DNA of 64,000 nucleotides from Acidovorax sp. (GTDB lineage Bacteria; Pseudomonadota; Gammaproteobacteria; Burkholderiales; Burkholderiaceae_C): NCBI RefSeq assembly GCF_046339755.1, contig NZ_JBKDTZ010000201.1, positions 1,878 to 65,877 of the forward strand, read 5' to 3'. Shown piece by piece: positions 62,566 to 64,000 of this stretch (position 1 is its first letter; each line of letters starts with the position of its first letter). The notes under the pieces were generated by a model. It saw only the letters and a program-made list of their open reading frames with translations, ran no database searches and was not told where the DNA came from. The position numbers and the translations under genes were made by a program.

Positions 62566-63379
62566 GCTGGGTGTTGCGCAGCACCAGGGACCAAAGCTTC
62601 TCGCCCATGGCCGACTGGAGCAGCGCTTCGTAGTCCTCGAACGGCGTGGCGAGCCAGTCACCCTCGGGCTGCATGAACGGGCCCAGCACGTCGCTGAAAT
62701 CGAGCTGACGCAGGGCAGGGTACTGCGCCGCATGCCGCGCCAGGTGGCCGATGAAGCCGTTGGGGTTGTGGCCGGCGCCGATCTTCAGGCGCTGCAGCGC
62801 AGGCAGTGGCACCTTGAAGAAGTCCGGCTCGGGCGCCTGCGGCAGCTCCAGCGATTCCAGCGCAGGCATTAGCGCGACCAGCCGCCCCACATCGCCCGCA
62901 TCGTCGAGGATCTCGCCCTCGCGCACGATGCACACCTCGTTGTGCGCCGTGTTGTCCGCCTGCGGGATGGCCAGGTGGCGCAGGTGCGGGAAGGGCACCT
63001 CCCGCTCGATCAGCGGCGTGAACACCCATTCGCGCGTGCCGTTGGCGCCCTCGTCGGGCCCGGTGAAGGTCAGCGCATGCAGGGCCTTGGCAACGGCGGG
63101 CTCGGCCAGCGTGTCCAGCAGCTCGGCAAAGACGGGTTGCTCCGTGTCGCGCGTGCTTGCGGCCGGGCCGTGGTAGTGCACATGCCAGCGATCGCCGATG
63201 GGCGCGAACATCAGCTGGTGGCTGGCCTCCAGGGTGGCGGGGACGGCCTCCACTTCTTCTTCGCCGTCTTCGTCATCGTCGTAACTGCCCTCTGCGTCCG
63301 CCTGGCGTTGTTCGGCGTCGAGGTCGGCCAGGCGCTGTTGAAGGGCGAGCAGGCGGTGCAATACGGGGGAGGTTGCCAT
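62426..63379 (-). CDS. hypothetical cytoplasmic protein, leucine-rich-repeat-like
   Basis: 317 aa. Acidic N-terminus (DDDEDGEEEVE), then L-rich repeats (LRHLAI, LESLELP, LQRLKIG, LRQLDFS, LWSLVLRNTQL). No firm family assignment. Confidence 0.65.
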   Translation of the reverse strand: MATSPVLHRLLALQQRLADLDAEQRQADAEGSYDDDEDGEEEVEAVPATLEASHQLMFAPIGDRWHVHYHGPAASTRDTEQPVFAELLDTLAEPAVAKALHALTFTGPDEGANGTREWVFTPLIEREVPFPHLRHLAIPQADNTAHNEVCIVREGEILDDAGDVGRLVALMPALESLELPQAPEPDFFKVPLPALQRLKIGAGHNPNGFIGHLARHAAQYPALRQLDFSDVLGPFMQPEGDWLATPFEDYEALLQSAMGEKLWSLVLRNTQLTEAQYRQLDQMRRNASLQVTHNFPGCYVSHWNPQGFAWKHLLVNG

Positions 63380-63680
63380 GGTGTCGTTAGTGAAAAGATG
63401 CGAAGGCTTTGCAGTCTAGCGGGCTGCCGCCGGGCCCCAGGGCCTTGTCCTCAGTCCATGCAAGGCCTGGCCTGATGGCGAAGGCCTGCCTGCATTCGGG
63501 CAATCCGCTCTCTGCGTTGCATCCGGCCTGCGCCCAGGTGTCGATACAACACACGATTTTCGAAAATATAGCTGGCGTTTGTCGAGAGTTCTGATTAGAT
63601 GTGGGGTACAGGACTCCCTGTGTCAGCCACCGCTGCTTCGCTCTTGCGCGGCCCAACAACACATAACCGCGAAAGATGCC

Positions 63681-64000
63681 ATGCCGACCACTGCACAGGA
63701 GCAGAAGCTCCTCATCAAGCTTGTCATCAGCTTGTTCGGCATTTCCCCTGGGCATGCCTATCTGCCGGTGGTGGAAAAGGGCTTTGAGGACCTGGGCCGC
63801 AGCGTGCCCGATACGGTGGCGGCGCTGGCGTCGCTGCCCCAGTTCCAGGCGCGCTACCCCGCGGGCATGACGGGCGAAGCGTTCGCCACCAAGTTCCTCG
63901 CCAGCATGGGCCTGCAGGCCGATGCGCCGCTGCACCGCCTGGCGGCAGACCTCTTCAACGACGGGGTGTCGCCGCAGCAGATCATCTTTGCCGCCGTGCA
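63681..64000 (+). CDS. 5' part of a gene running off the window (unknown product)
   Basis: ATG at 63681. Open to the window edge: MPTTAQEQKLLIKLVISLFGISPGHAYLPVVEKGFEDLGRSVPDTVAALASLPQFQARYPAGMTGEAFATKFLASMGLQAD... Sensible composition. The upstream region is AT-rich. Confidence 0.45.
   Translation, partial: MPTTAQEQKLLIKLVISLFGISPGHAYLPVVEKGFEDLGRSVPDTVAALASLPQFQARYPAGMTGEAFATKFLASMGLQADAPLHRLAADLFNDGVSPQQIIFAAV

Noticed and set aside
1-64000. CRISPR arrays, rRNA genes, IS transposases, integrases
   Set aside because: No regularly spaced direct repeats, no rRNA-like sequence and no transposase- or integrase-like ORF were seen. The only mobile-type sequences are the non-autonomous inverted-repeat elements.

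Overview
High-GC window (roughly two-thirds G+C by eye). The gene content (Bug/TctC binding proteins, LysR and MarR regulators) suggests Betaproteobacteria, probably Burkholderiales or Comamonadaceae, but this is inference only. All family names come from motifs I read in the translations and from memory, not from any search.

Layout, left to right:
1. 0.7-11 kb: three paralogous secreted RCC1-repeat proteins, interleaved with a Sel1-repeat membrane protein, a Tat-signal dienelactone hydrolase and an internally duplicated, apparently frameshifted membrane protein.
2. 11-27 kb: ordinary metabolic and regulatory genes, including a quinone oxidoreductase, an alpha/beta hydrolase, DUF1428, a PLP-dependent lyase with a Bug binding protein under a divergent LysR, a MarR-FUSC pair, a methyltransferase and a VOC protein. 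This stretch is peppered with MITE-like and REP-like repeats and several decayed genes. One LysR gene is cleanly split by a 268-bp element with terminal inverted repeats.
3. 27.2-36.9 kb: a podovirus-like structural module (scaffold, major capsid protein, adaptor-like, large tubular/nozzle-like, fibre-like). No portal, terminase, integrase or replication genes are visible. It is preceded by a large ejection-protein-like ORF with a lower-GC toxin-like C-terminus and an overlapping immunity-like gene. This ORF and a neighbouring small gene contain three in-frame TAG codons.
4. 37.1-54.9 kb: an 18-gene core, tightly translationally coupled, that looks like an aryl-polyene/xanthomonadin-type lipid-pigment cluster (2 ACPs, 2 KS plus a CLF-like protein, KR, DHs, AMP-ligase, acyltransferases, GT2, thioesterase, LolA-like, MMPL, halogenase-like flavoprotein, PPTase), plus 3 small secreted proteins of unknown role. 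It ends at tRNA-Arg(TCT).
5. 55-64 kb: small secreted and membrane proteins, a twice-frameshifted zinc-ribbon gene, a CPA2 K+/H+ antiporter, a lower-GC patch, a membrane/beta-propeller protein, an LRR-like protein, and the start of a further gene that runs off the window.

No CRISPR array, rRNA, transposase or integrase was seen.
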